DNA of 64,000 bases from Tubulanus polymorphus (lineage: Eukaryota > Animalia > Nemertea): contig NC_134025.1 in NCBI RefSeq assembly GCF_964204645.1, positions 10,912,001 to 10,976,000 on the forward strand. The letters run 5' to 3'. The notes under the pieces are model-generated. The model saw nothing but the letters and a program-made list of their open reading frames with translations, had not been told where the DNA came from and made no database searches. Below are positions 52,715 through 64,000 of this stretch, piece by piece; position 1 is the first letter of the stretch; every line of letters starts with the position of its first letter. The position numbers and the translations under genes are program-made.

Positions 52715-55700
52715 TAGCTTAGTTCTGTATGCAGGGTTTGATGTTGCTTGGAGTGCCTCAAGTGATTGGCCAAGCACTCTAAAAAATTGCTAATTCAAGA
52801 TTAGACCTTTCGAGATATGTCTGGGCTAGATACGATACGTACAAGGCCTTACTCTTCAGGGATGCCATTTCTGAGAAAGATAATTAGGTATATTTTTCCG
52901 GGATGACCTTGATATTGATATTTTCTGTTTTTGATTTTATGTAAAACCTAAATCAATTTATCACTGTTTCTGTTCATGGACCCAGTTTTATAAAAATTTT
53001 TTACTTAAATGCACTGCTTTAGGAGCCTGGTGTCTTCATTGTATTCAACAATTCAAACATAACCATTTCAAACTTTTGCAAAAAACTAGACTCAGGTGAT
53101 CAGGTATAAATAATGAAAAAATCCTGAACTAGGGATATCTTAAAAGATAGAACGATGAAAGTGGCAGGGCATTCAAACCATTTCTAAAGATTCACTGCGT
53201 TCGGAAATTGAGGGTGCTGTCACCTGCGTTGCTTGATAGGTTACAAGTCTCCCCTGTAGAGTTGCCAGATTGTTGCCGACTAGAATTGTAACGCGATATT
53301 ACAATAAGGCGGAATCACGAAGATTCATAATCCATCCTTGTCTTATTTGTAGCCATTCATCGTTATTGTCAAAACACCACGGCTGACCATTTACAAGGTT
53401 TTTCAGTCGTTTTTATCTCGTTCATCTTACACCGGTGCCCGGGGCCAAAAGGTGGTCAATTCGAGGTTGTGGCCTCTAGAGGTAGATAGCTTAAGTGCCA
53501 TGCGCCACGTGCTGCTTAGATGTGAAGGTTGAAAGTTTCCTATTCAAAATGGTTTCGACCATGGACTCTAGTCCATGGTTGAACTGCTGCAGTCGTATGA
53601 ACTAGCAACTAAGGTAACCAGATGTTCTCAATCGAAATCTCTCCAGGATAAAATGCCACCTTGCTTCGATGAGTTTTTAATCGACAACCGGAAGTTTATG
53701 AATTCAGATAAATCATATATATTTCAATAAATCTAGAACAAAATTACTTCTTTCCTTTTTTTATTTTCATTTTGGAAAGATCAGTTTTTTTTCTCAATGA
53801 ATTTTGAATATCTGGTCCGGAAAGATTTATCGAGGACAGATGAGCGTCTTTATTTTTTTTCGGTTTGGAAGTACGTAAGGGTACCAATACTCGAACCAAG
53901 CTGAATCGACCTGGCAGTAAATGATTTTCCAAAAAAATGTTTGGAGAACTTAATTCAGCCATTGTTGATCTCATAGAAGCTGGCTATAGTTACCTAAATA
54001 GTATAACATTGGATAGTTGACAATTAGAACTGCCTAGCTATACTCTTGTATTATCATCATGGTTTATTTTGAATGCGAAATTTTTTACTTTTAATTTAGC
54101 TATTAACCCCAGGGATTACTGGCAAATACCGTCAACTTCTACATGTTATACGGGTTCAAATCTGGTTTAGGAAATGTTGTCTCGTCCAGTGTCGTTGTCG
54201 AAATTCTTAAGTTGTCAAAGCAGCCATATGCCAGTTAAACGCTGGTTAAAAATAGGTAATGCCCAAAATTCAAACCACAACGCACAACAAACAGGAGTCC
54301 ACTTATTACTGACAATTTTTATCGAGACATTTGATCGCGCATTCAAACAGTATCGAATTACCCGTCCGCAAAAGCGAAAAAAGTTCATAGAAACTGGCAA
54401 AGAATAACACAATATACCAAACTTTTCATAATGACGGTGTCCATTACTTCCGTTTAAACGATATTTCAATACGAAATGAGAAGGAAGACAATCGGTTGAA
54501 AAAAAATGAATCAGATTTCGATCATCTTTGATGACGATAAAGACTCACCCCATCATCATCAGCATCGGTGCGTGCATGTATATGTATGTATATATGTCCT
54601 TCGGATTGAAATTTGAAGTCTTTTCTCTTTGAAAGTGCTTACGTCCATTAGAATTAGCGATTAACAATGGAACACCGGATATGCACATGCTAGTTTGTTA
54701 AGGCAGATGTCATCAACCCTAAGGGGGACCATAATGTCATACATATATGTATACTGTCTAAATTTAAGACTTGTTGTTTTGGAAGTGTATATACGAAAAC
54801 TTTCTGAAGACTTTTGTCAGGAGCAACAGCTGTCTCGGGACGGGAATAGCCTGCCGCAACGCTTTTAAATTGGCCCGACCCTCCTCAAAAAATGAAATTC
54901 AAATTCGCTTGAAACTCATTGTTCGAACGGGGACGTTTTGTCAACGGGTGTCCTGATTAAAGTTTTAAAATCCTTTGAAAAAGAATTTTTTATCGTTAAG
55001 TTCATCGCTTTGTGCGGTCTTAATGGGTTCGCGGGGGTTTCGAGGGGGTCATGACTGACCGAATTGAAGTTTGTTTCCGATTGACATGCAGATTATCTTG
55101 CAAATGCGTGATTTAGAATCCTTTATAAAGGCTTTAGATTCTCTATATTTGATTGATGTACTACTATGATACTTTTTAAAAGAAATAGGTTTACCGTCTA
55201 TAAATAAGGTTCTAAAATGAAAAAACGGGTTTTTGAAATAAGTTGAAAGTTGAAAGAAGAAAGCTGTTTTGAAAATTCAATGGATGGTTGGTCGAATTTA
55301 AAAGTCAAACGGCCTTGTGTGGGTTGTAATAAATTTCAGTTTATTTTCATCGATGCTTCTAACGACGAGTTTAACTAATGAATTTCGAGTCATATTTCTA
55401 CAATAATTGATGGCTTTGGACTGAAAGCCCACCGAGTTCAGTTCAAATCGGTTCGATTCGCAAATTCTTATCTAGCTGAATTTCAATCCTCCCGCGCGAC
55501 TATAAACATTTTTACAACTCCCGCCGGTGTCCGGGAGACCCAATTTTAATTAACGCGACGATTTTGATCCCGTTTGCCGTTAGAACGACGACGAATTAAA
55601 ATCTGAAATTAATTTCGTTATCTACGACGTCCATGCCTGATGGTTTGTGACTTGGAAATAAAGCGGCGGTGTGGTGGCAATTCGCGCGGGTCCGCGTGAA

Positions 55701-58700
55701 CTACCGCAGTACGCGCTGGTTGCTTATCGCGCAGTCGAATCAGCGCAATTAAAACCCGCGTGCACCGATTTGTGTACAGTCGCGTTCGGGCGATGTCAAC
55801 CGGATGTGCCGCCGATACCGTCTGCGGTGTCATCTTTAGCTCCGTCTCTCGACGGTTCGATCTCGGGCCGCGCGCCGAGCCGCCGGGAATTCACTTCTTA
55901 TCAGGCACGTCAAATTTTATCGAAAATTTCAAAGCGGTTTCAACGAAGGTCAGCGAATTCGAGTCCCTTCAGCCTGTCACGGTATGTAAACTAATGACCG
56001 AAATGCGATGGAAAACGCAATTTAATCTCCCTTAACCGTGGTTTAAGTGATTGCCGGATTGCCATTTAATTGCGAGCATATTGATTGTTATATTGTCAGC
56101 TAGCGTTGATAAGAGATCCCCCATGTCATGTGGTTAATGGCGCGGTTTGATGAATAACTGTACGAGCAACGTTATGAAAATGCGTTTTGAATAATTAATC
56201 ATCGATTGAAAATAGTTTCAAATACCGGACAAGTGAATGCTTTTTCCGACCACCCAGGCCATCTGCCCGTTTCAGTGCATTGTGCTCATTGTGCCTTCCG
56301 AGGAGACTTATATATGCATGATTCTCTAAGTCTATTATGCCCAACTCAATTGTCTAAAGAACCACAATTATTTATAAATGTTTCATACCTGCTTTTTTGT
56401 GACTGCTCTTCCACATTTAAACAACTTTTCTTAAATGAACATTATGCATTTGCTACTTACATGTGTTTTTTCTGTTTTTAGTTGAGAAGGACAGTATCCC
56501 TTCAAAGATGTAGGCCAAATGAATTGTGCTTGCAGTCCTGATCTACCGTCATAGTGTATAAAACCAACAACTGTTTCTTTTTTCAAGTTTATTCTATCCT
56601 TAACTACGCCAGCTTCAGCTTATCTGGGCGATGGAAAAGGTTCTTTTTTTAAATACCACGGAAAGAAAAAAAATGTAATGTAATATTTATTTCATCAGTA
56701 AAGAACTATTAACATGTACGTGCAAAATGTATAATACAGAAAGAAAAAAAGTTACATGCTTTGGTAATCAACACTGGGTTTATGCCATATATGCAGATCA
56801 GTTAATCTCACTATAACACAAATTCAATAGTATATAATGCTGTTCCAAAATCAATTGCCATGTCTTTATCATTGAAATCAGATAGATGGGACTGTAACTC
56901 TGAAAGTCCCACAAACAAGAAAAGTGTATTTATTATAGATTCTTCCGTAATGTTATGAAATGGATAAAAACCGTACAGAATTTGTGAATCGGATTGAACA
57001 ACTTTTTGGTGGCCATAAATTACGGCGAAGATGTTATCAGTTGCCACCTGCTAGTCGCATCTGATTCCAGCAGGGTAAATTTAGATACAAAACACTCGCA
57101 ACGCAATTAAATTCTAATTTCTCTGTCCCCGGTGCTGATTGAAAGTATCGAAATAATAACTCGTAAAGACTGCGTTTGACGCGAGAATTAACAGTGTTTC
57201 CCTGTCAGCGTTTGAATGCCCATTAATTTGCGGATAATATTCGCGTTTCGAAATTGCTCGCGAAAGTTTTTCCCAAAGATGTCTATACGTAACGACTGGC
57301 AGGTGGAAGCTACGAAATCTGCGAATTTAAATTTAATTTCGACTGGAAATTGAAGCCAATTTCGCCGGCTTTCTTAAAATCGCTGCTTGTCATGAATAAG
57401 TCAATCGTATAGTGAACTGCCGCTGCGAAGATGGCAGCACAATTTTCGCAGTTGTGCCTTCGCAATTCGGATTTTGACGATCGGCTGGTGAATCGAGAGG
57501 CTAACGAAGCTGCTCAAGCTGATTTAGAAGCAGACGCGGTTATGAAACACGGTGTGTGCGAGTTTCAGAAATATGACATATTTTCAAGGTCATCGACCGT
57601 GTTGACCTTTCCGTAAAGATAAATTACATTTACCGAGTGGAGATACATGTATTTCACCAAAATTCTACCACTATTATTCCATGAAAAGATTGATATGGAA
57701 TTCCTTAAATCACGTGCCGACGTCACGTATATTCCAACTTCCATAGCCCTATCAAATCCAAGTGCAATGCACCGCGTATTGAGAATGCATTTAAAATGCT
57801 ATATTTTTGTACTCAATATAATCCTGGTAGATAGAGGGGACAGGTCGAATTTTGTGGGTACGTAAGTCAGAAATTTGATACATAACAATTTAGAAAAAAA
57901 AATGAACAGCCCTCTTTTAGCTCTGCTATATACTATTTGGTCATTTGTTTTCGGATTTATTTATCCTCTCAGTGATTATGACTCACTTTTTGTAGCATTA
58001 AAAATCAAATCGAATATCGCGACGTTTTATCGCTCACCCTTCTGACCTCCGTGCGAATGCCATCCGCCGCCATATCGCACGTTCCCTCGCTCCAATCAGC
58101 TATTCAAATCTACATTTTACATTCGGCGTTTGGTCATTTAGGAAATTGGAATTTCGATATCCACCGCGAAATTCAGCATGACTCGACGCTGAAAAGGGCT
58201 TCACCAGTAATCACCGCTACCATCCATCACCGCCGCTCTAAACCGTATCGGACTCCATTTCTATAATAGACTTTAAGCCTCTTATTAAAATTGAGTGTAC
58301 ATTTTGGACTTATCAACGCAGACCAATCGTTATTGCATGCCTCGGCGTGCCGGTTTCCTTCTCACGTCACCGTCATTTTGCGGCTTTGCCAGCAAAATTT
58401 GCATGCTGCCCAGATTTGAAATGCGAATGGTATTTTTGTCGCCGTGCTGGCTTGTGTCGCGGCGGCGACTTAGCCAGATTCGATCTGTTGACTTTTAGCC
58501 AGCCATAAGCATAATGGATGATGGGCTGATGATACCGAGCTGTCTTGAATTTTGATATTTTAAACAAACAACTTCGGCCGTAGTTGGTGTTTTACATTCA
58601 AATGCATAATAAGCTTTTATGTATTTTCTTTATTACTCAGTCAGTTCTGCAGTTGTAAGAAAAGTTCGACTGTAGAGCGTTAGAGTTAGATTAGCTGCTT

Positions 58701-60200
58701 TCAAATAGAAACAAAATTTTCATCTTTCTTTTGTTGTTAGACACTCGAAGTGAGATCCTCAATTGCAAGTCCCATTACATCGGCGCCAATCACCCACCAG
58801 GGTCAAGTGGGGGCTGAATGGCTTGTGTCTTAAAAGAATAAATTTTGAAATCGATTCTGCTTTTTACAGTTTACCCGACAGTATTGCAGCATCGCTATCG
58901 GGTGGGGATTTGTTGTTCATATCGATACAATTTATTACATAGAAAAGATGTGGAGATCAGGTTTTTTATATCGTGCCTCATTCAATTCAAAGAATCTAAC
59001 TTTACTGTAGAACTGGAGCCATGTTATGGAGAACGATTTTGCAAAGAGAAGTTTCTACTGTAGTACAGAGTTATGAAGTACTCACGCAAGAAATTTTGAG
59101 AAAAATGCTCAATGAATCTCAAACTTTTATGAATTTCATGCTTTTCCAACACTCTTGGAAATGCTTTTTACCACACAGTGCGTTATGCTGAAACCATTTT
59201 TGTATCGAGCTATGAAATCAGTGGATAGGTGAAATCTCATTATTTAGAGAAAAACACGTTTAGATATTTGATGAAATGATTATAATGTTTATTCGCTGGG
59301 CAATTCCAGTCCGATTGTTATTGGTTGTTCGTAATCGTACACTTAGCCAGGAACGTTGACCCGCCCTCCGTACGATCATCCATCACATCGCGTGTCAACT
59401 GACCATTTCCAATTGGTCCAACGCTCCGTTCGCGAGTAGCTTTAACCGGTTTATCGATTACAATGGAGCGACGTCGTATGGACAGCATTGGCTGCAGTAG
59501 CTATTCACGAGTTACATCCAATGACCAGGAAGCTCCTGAGAGCAAGGCAGCGATGCGATAACAATTATGACCATTGGCTGGCCGTGTGGTGGTGTGTGGC
59601 TTGGAATAAGTAATGACCGATAGTCCGGATATCATCGGTAATGGAAATAAACGGAATGACCATTGGCTCTACTCGGGATGGAGTATCGATTTTGAATAAT
59701 GGCACTGATGGATGGCTTTGATGCTGCGTTTAAGCGGTTTCGTTTAGATGCTTGGGCGCTTGTAGAAATCATGATTCCATTGCAATTTATAATCATGATA
59801 GTACCTTGAAATGTTTTTTAAACCCTTGGAACCGAATTTGAATCGATGTTAAAGCCCCACATACCGTAGATTGTGTGTAAGTTATGTCCGTATACCTCGG
59901 AATATCACGTTTAAGAGCGAATCCAAAAATTGGCTAACGTCCGCTCCCAGACAATATCCCCCGTTTCGAGAATTCTGAGACTCGCTTTTAAGATAAGTTT
60001 AAACTTAACTTAATTTACGATGCCGCATGCTAAAGTTGTCTATACCACCGGTCCCTGGAGTCTGCTGTGTTCATAATTATAAGCTTGTATTTGAAATGGT
60101 TAAGAATTGTACATAGCAAACTTATTTTGATAATTCATTTTCATTGAACTATATATGATACAAATACATCATTAAACATATATGCACATTATAAGAAAAA

Positions 60201-60253
60201 AAACTCTTATTACAAAAAGAGACAATAATTGTCTCTTTTTGTAATAAGAGTTT
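60201..60253. repeat. Perfect 26-1-26 palindrome
   Basis: aaactcttattacaaaaagagacaat-a-attgtctctttttgtaataagagttt. Confidence 0.95.
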
Positions 60254-63200
60254 GAAATAATAGTCTATGCATGAGTCGGTCTATAGTTGATAGAATCCAC
60301 TCTCATGGCGCCGCTGCGGTCCACTACACGGATGATGTCGGACATTTTTCGTTTTGGATTTCGTAGTCAAATCAAGTTCCGCCAAGCTTGTTCCCATATC
60401 GACGTGAGGTCCTGTAATTAAATTTCATTTCCGCTCATTGCGAATCAAGTCGGCGAGATACGTGCAAATGAAAGCCGTGGCTATAAAACACCCAGGAGCG
60501 GATGGCGCGAACGCAAACAACAGTCGAGCGATGGCCAAATACACTCTTCGACGCCTGATTCGGCGTTTGCGAAACAAAATGTTGAATAATACACATAGAT
60601 TTATTAGATTATCGACGCCGGTAAAATGTACGGATCGCAACTGATGTTAAGTTGGTTAGATCCAACTGACACACGGCGTTGAAGCATGTCAAAACGGCCG
60701 CTGGTGTGAAGCCGTGATCTGATACGTAGACACGGCCCCTCGGGTACCGACGGCGAAGTCAAAATCAAAATTGAGTGAAAAGCTCGAATCCACTGGGGCT
60801 TTGTTTAAGTAATAAAATATTTTATTAGCAAGTCGGGCCAGCGCACGTTCGCGACGTGAGGTCGTGTCTGGGGGGTACTTATTGCCGGTTCGGCAAGGAA
60901 TTCGACGGGCTTCGCTCGATGACGAGGCATTTGGGTTTTTTTATGGACGCGCGATTCCGCCGTAAAATTAAAGTTCGAAGGTTACGGCCCATTACGGACG
61001 CGGCGTTTAGCATCGGTTTTAACGGCCGGTGGTAGCCGAGTTATACACGCCGAGTCATGCGATGCTCTATATGCGACCGGGCTAAACGCCAACCGGGGAG
61101 TTGCTTTATAGATGGAAGCTGTTCCATCATATTCAATACTTAACGCCGACAAGAAAGTTTAAATCCTCCCCGAGCGATTTCAATCATCGTTGCCGGTCCG
61201 TTCTGATCGTCGTGGCGTACGGCGTACGCGATCATAAAAGTTTTCATAAATTTACATTTCGAATTCCTGCATGTGTAGTAATCGTAAATTTGCGAACTTC
61301 GAAAGTGCAGTTCAGGGCTTTGGTCAATTAGTATTCTAATAAAACTAATCAGACTTTTTCTGTTCAAGTATTTTGAATATTCGCTCCATGCATTCGTTTC
61401 GTCATCTCAATTGCTAATTTCAATGCAAGGTTCATCCACGCTGTTGTAGTAATCGGGTACAAAGTTGAATTCAGGGTTTGTTCATTAAGTATTCATTAAA
61501 ATTATCGAATTAAAGAAGTTGATGTTTGTTGTTTTTTTCCAATCTTCATCAAGAGTTAATTTGGCATTGGCAGTACCAAGTATTATCTACTGTGGCCCAT
61601 TCTTTAAACCATACTTCAAGGAGGTGAGTGAAGTGTGAAATAACCTGCTTTTAGGACCAAGAAAAACAGACATTATCAGGAATTTGGCGGTATAAAGAAT
61701 GGTAGTATATTTTCATTGAATCCGAGTTAGATTCTTGGCATTTGTCTCAGAGATGAGTATCGGCGTTGTAAGCATTGAAAACGATGACGTTAAAATGCAC
61801 TTAGACTGTAATCTTTATTCGACTTCTGTGTTCGCATCACACGGCAAATTCAGCTATTCAAGTACGATAGTCTCTGCAAAATCCTTGACTTCCAATGACG
61901 CAGGTCAACAAATATACGATTGCGGCGTCTACGCCGATGACTCCGTGCTGATTTCTTTTCTTGCTTTTCGTTAATTTACTTTCATTTATGTGAATTTCAG
62001 CTGATGGAACGCCTGTTCGTTGACGGTCCATTACCGCCGGTGATTGCGTTGTCCTACTGTGTTTGTTGGGCCTTCATTTCCTCTCAAATATCCAATTCAA
62101 ATTTGAATTTCAGCCTTATTACGTCTGCGAAGACAGCAATCGAAATTGCCATCACCGGTATTTTTTTTCTAGTGTGTTTATGCGCGCGTATATTCAGCCG
62201 AGAAACTATAGTAAAATTCGAAGAAAAGAAAGTTCCATAAGTAAATTATCGAGGAGATTTTAATCATTAGTAATGTTACTAAATTAATTGATGTTTTTTA
62301 AAGTTGTGGTTCAAGGTTGTTGCCTGGGTGACTGGGCCTTTCAGGTAATAAGTCTCTTTTAACTTCACCAGTCGTCCAACGTCTTATATTGTATAATTCA
62401 CCCATGCTCCATCCTATTGTAATTTGATTCGCGTAAAACATTATCATTATTATCATTATTTCCATATCTCTATCCCTTGAATCCTCTCAAAAGTCCTCCG
62501 TTCGTAAGAGTTTACAAAATGTCTCACTTGGTTGGGGTGAAATCTTATGTACTTGACGATGACCCCATAAGCTTGGCACACACAACACGAAAAACTCAAA
62601 CACACAGAAACAGACCTGCTCCGAAACATGAAACACGTTTACAGAACTACAGTTTTGCTTTGTGCGATAGCCCGGGCAAATCGAATAATCGAAGCTCATA
62701 ATTTCGAATCAGAATCTCGCTGTAATTTGCGCTAGATAAGGCTTAGAAATGATTCAACAGAAGATCACTGACCGCGCCGTATACAGTCTTCATCCAGTTG
62801 ATCATCACATCTTGAATGTGTATTGAAAATCAACATATCGGTGAAATTTCAGTTTGTTGAAATTTCATCGCCTTCGCGGATGACAAGAGCCTCGCTGGTG
62901 AATGCGCATTGAAAATTACTCATTACGGCTCTTATTTTACTTAAATAGTTTGATGTGTTTAGGACGAAGCGTCGCCGAGTGAACTGTCAAAGCCTCATCT
63001 CCGCCTGCTAATACAACCTATCATTTACATTAGATGAAATTGAATACAGTCGCGCGAGTGACAAAAAGTTCATGCTCCGTGTTCCAGATTCGTTTTCGTC
63101 AACGGGGGAGACTATAATATCGCCTCACCGCATTCGCTTTCTCGGTTTTGAAAAGGAGTGAAATTCCATTTAGAAAAATAATCGGAAAGAGTCGCGCGGT

Positions 63201-64000
63201 TATTTCTTTCGAAAGAATGAATACAGCCTCATCTTTTGCGTAAGGAACATGATGAATTCAAGTTAATTCGTTGAGCTAAGAATAGAGACATGAAATTCTC
63301 GATTGAATCTTTTTCGATGGACATTCCTCAAGATCCACGCATGAATACTACCCAGGACGAGTTCGTAGATAGCTAATTCATGTTTTGTAACTAATTAAAA
63401 CTTGATTTGAATTGAATTTTACGATACGTTGCTACTTCCTGCTAGTTGCCTAAACCTTAATCACAGTCCGACATAAAGCTAGCTGTAGCTAGCCTTTACA
63501 GAATTGCCAGTTCCATTGCCTTCCAACTTAATGATCGAAGCTATGGTTTGGTTTAGATACGGTATACGCATTCACTGGGTTGATAACAAAACCAGAGTAT
63601 ACGGAGAAATCAAAGGGTGGCTCCTGGTAGACTTGGTTTGCATCGTGGAAACATTTTTTTTTGTATAAAAACAATATAGTAATTAATGTCTATATGATTT
63701 TCTCAATCTCGAACATGTCCATACGGATGCATTTGAAATCAGCACATCGGTGTTACGCATCATTAGTTTTTTCGTGTATAATTTGAAATGAACGAGGGTG
63801 TTTAATTTGAAATGAATGAGGGTTCTTAATGTCGTAACGCTTAATTCTGGTTGATTTATTTCACCGCGCAGTGTCGGTGTCGACCACTCCTGTCGCCTGA
63901 CAGATTCGGATCCACCTTTACAGCCAGTTGTTAATACTCAGTCAGATTATAAGAGTCGAAGACATTGTATTCATTAGTGAGAGCCATTTAACGAGGCTTT

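Noticed and set aside
56200-57050. Possible decayed LINE fragments
   Set aside because: Only vague similarity, with no diagnostic motif I can support.
59470-59670. CRISPR-like array
   Set aside because: The repeated word is only 6-14 nt and degenerate, the context is eukaryotic, and there are no cas genes.

Overview
This is AT-rich eukaryotic DNA with spliceosomal introns, from an invertebrate and probably a lophotrochozoan (inferred from its repeat types). It is not prokaryotic. The first 16 kb holds two tandem, intact, 9-exon paralogues on the minus strand (689-7266 and 9415-15997; about 1092 and 1093 aa). Each encodes an NLR/Apaf-1-like STAND protein: a CARD/death-fold-like N-terminus, an NB-ARC P-loop NTPase, TPR repeats, a basic NLS-like exon and a conserved acidic/Ser-rich tail. 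Both genes have an NF-kB-type site about 250-300 bp upstream of the ATG. A divergently oriented ankyrin-repeat gene with a SOCS-box-like C-terminus (21091-24748, +) and a single-coding-exon MS4A/CD20-like four-transmembrane gene (33113-33745, -) follow. The last ~30 kb shows no credible coding sequence. It contains MITEs, a tRNA-derived SINE, a LINE remnant, microsatellites and palindromes. Exon boundaries were read by eye and checked for reading-frame continuity; domain names are pattern-based inferences, not database hits.
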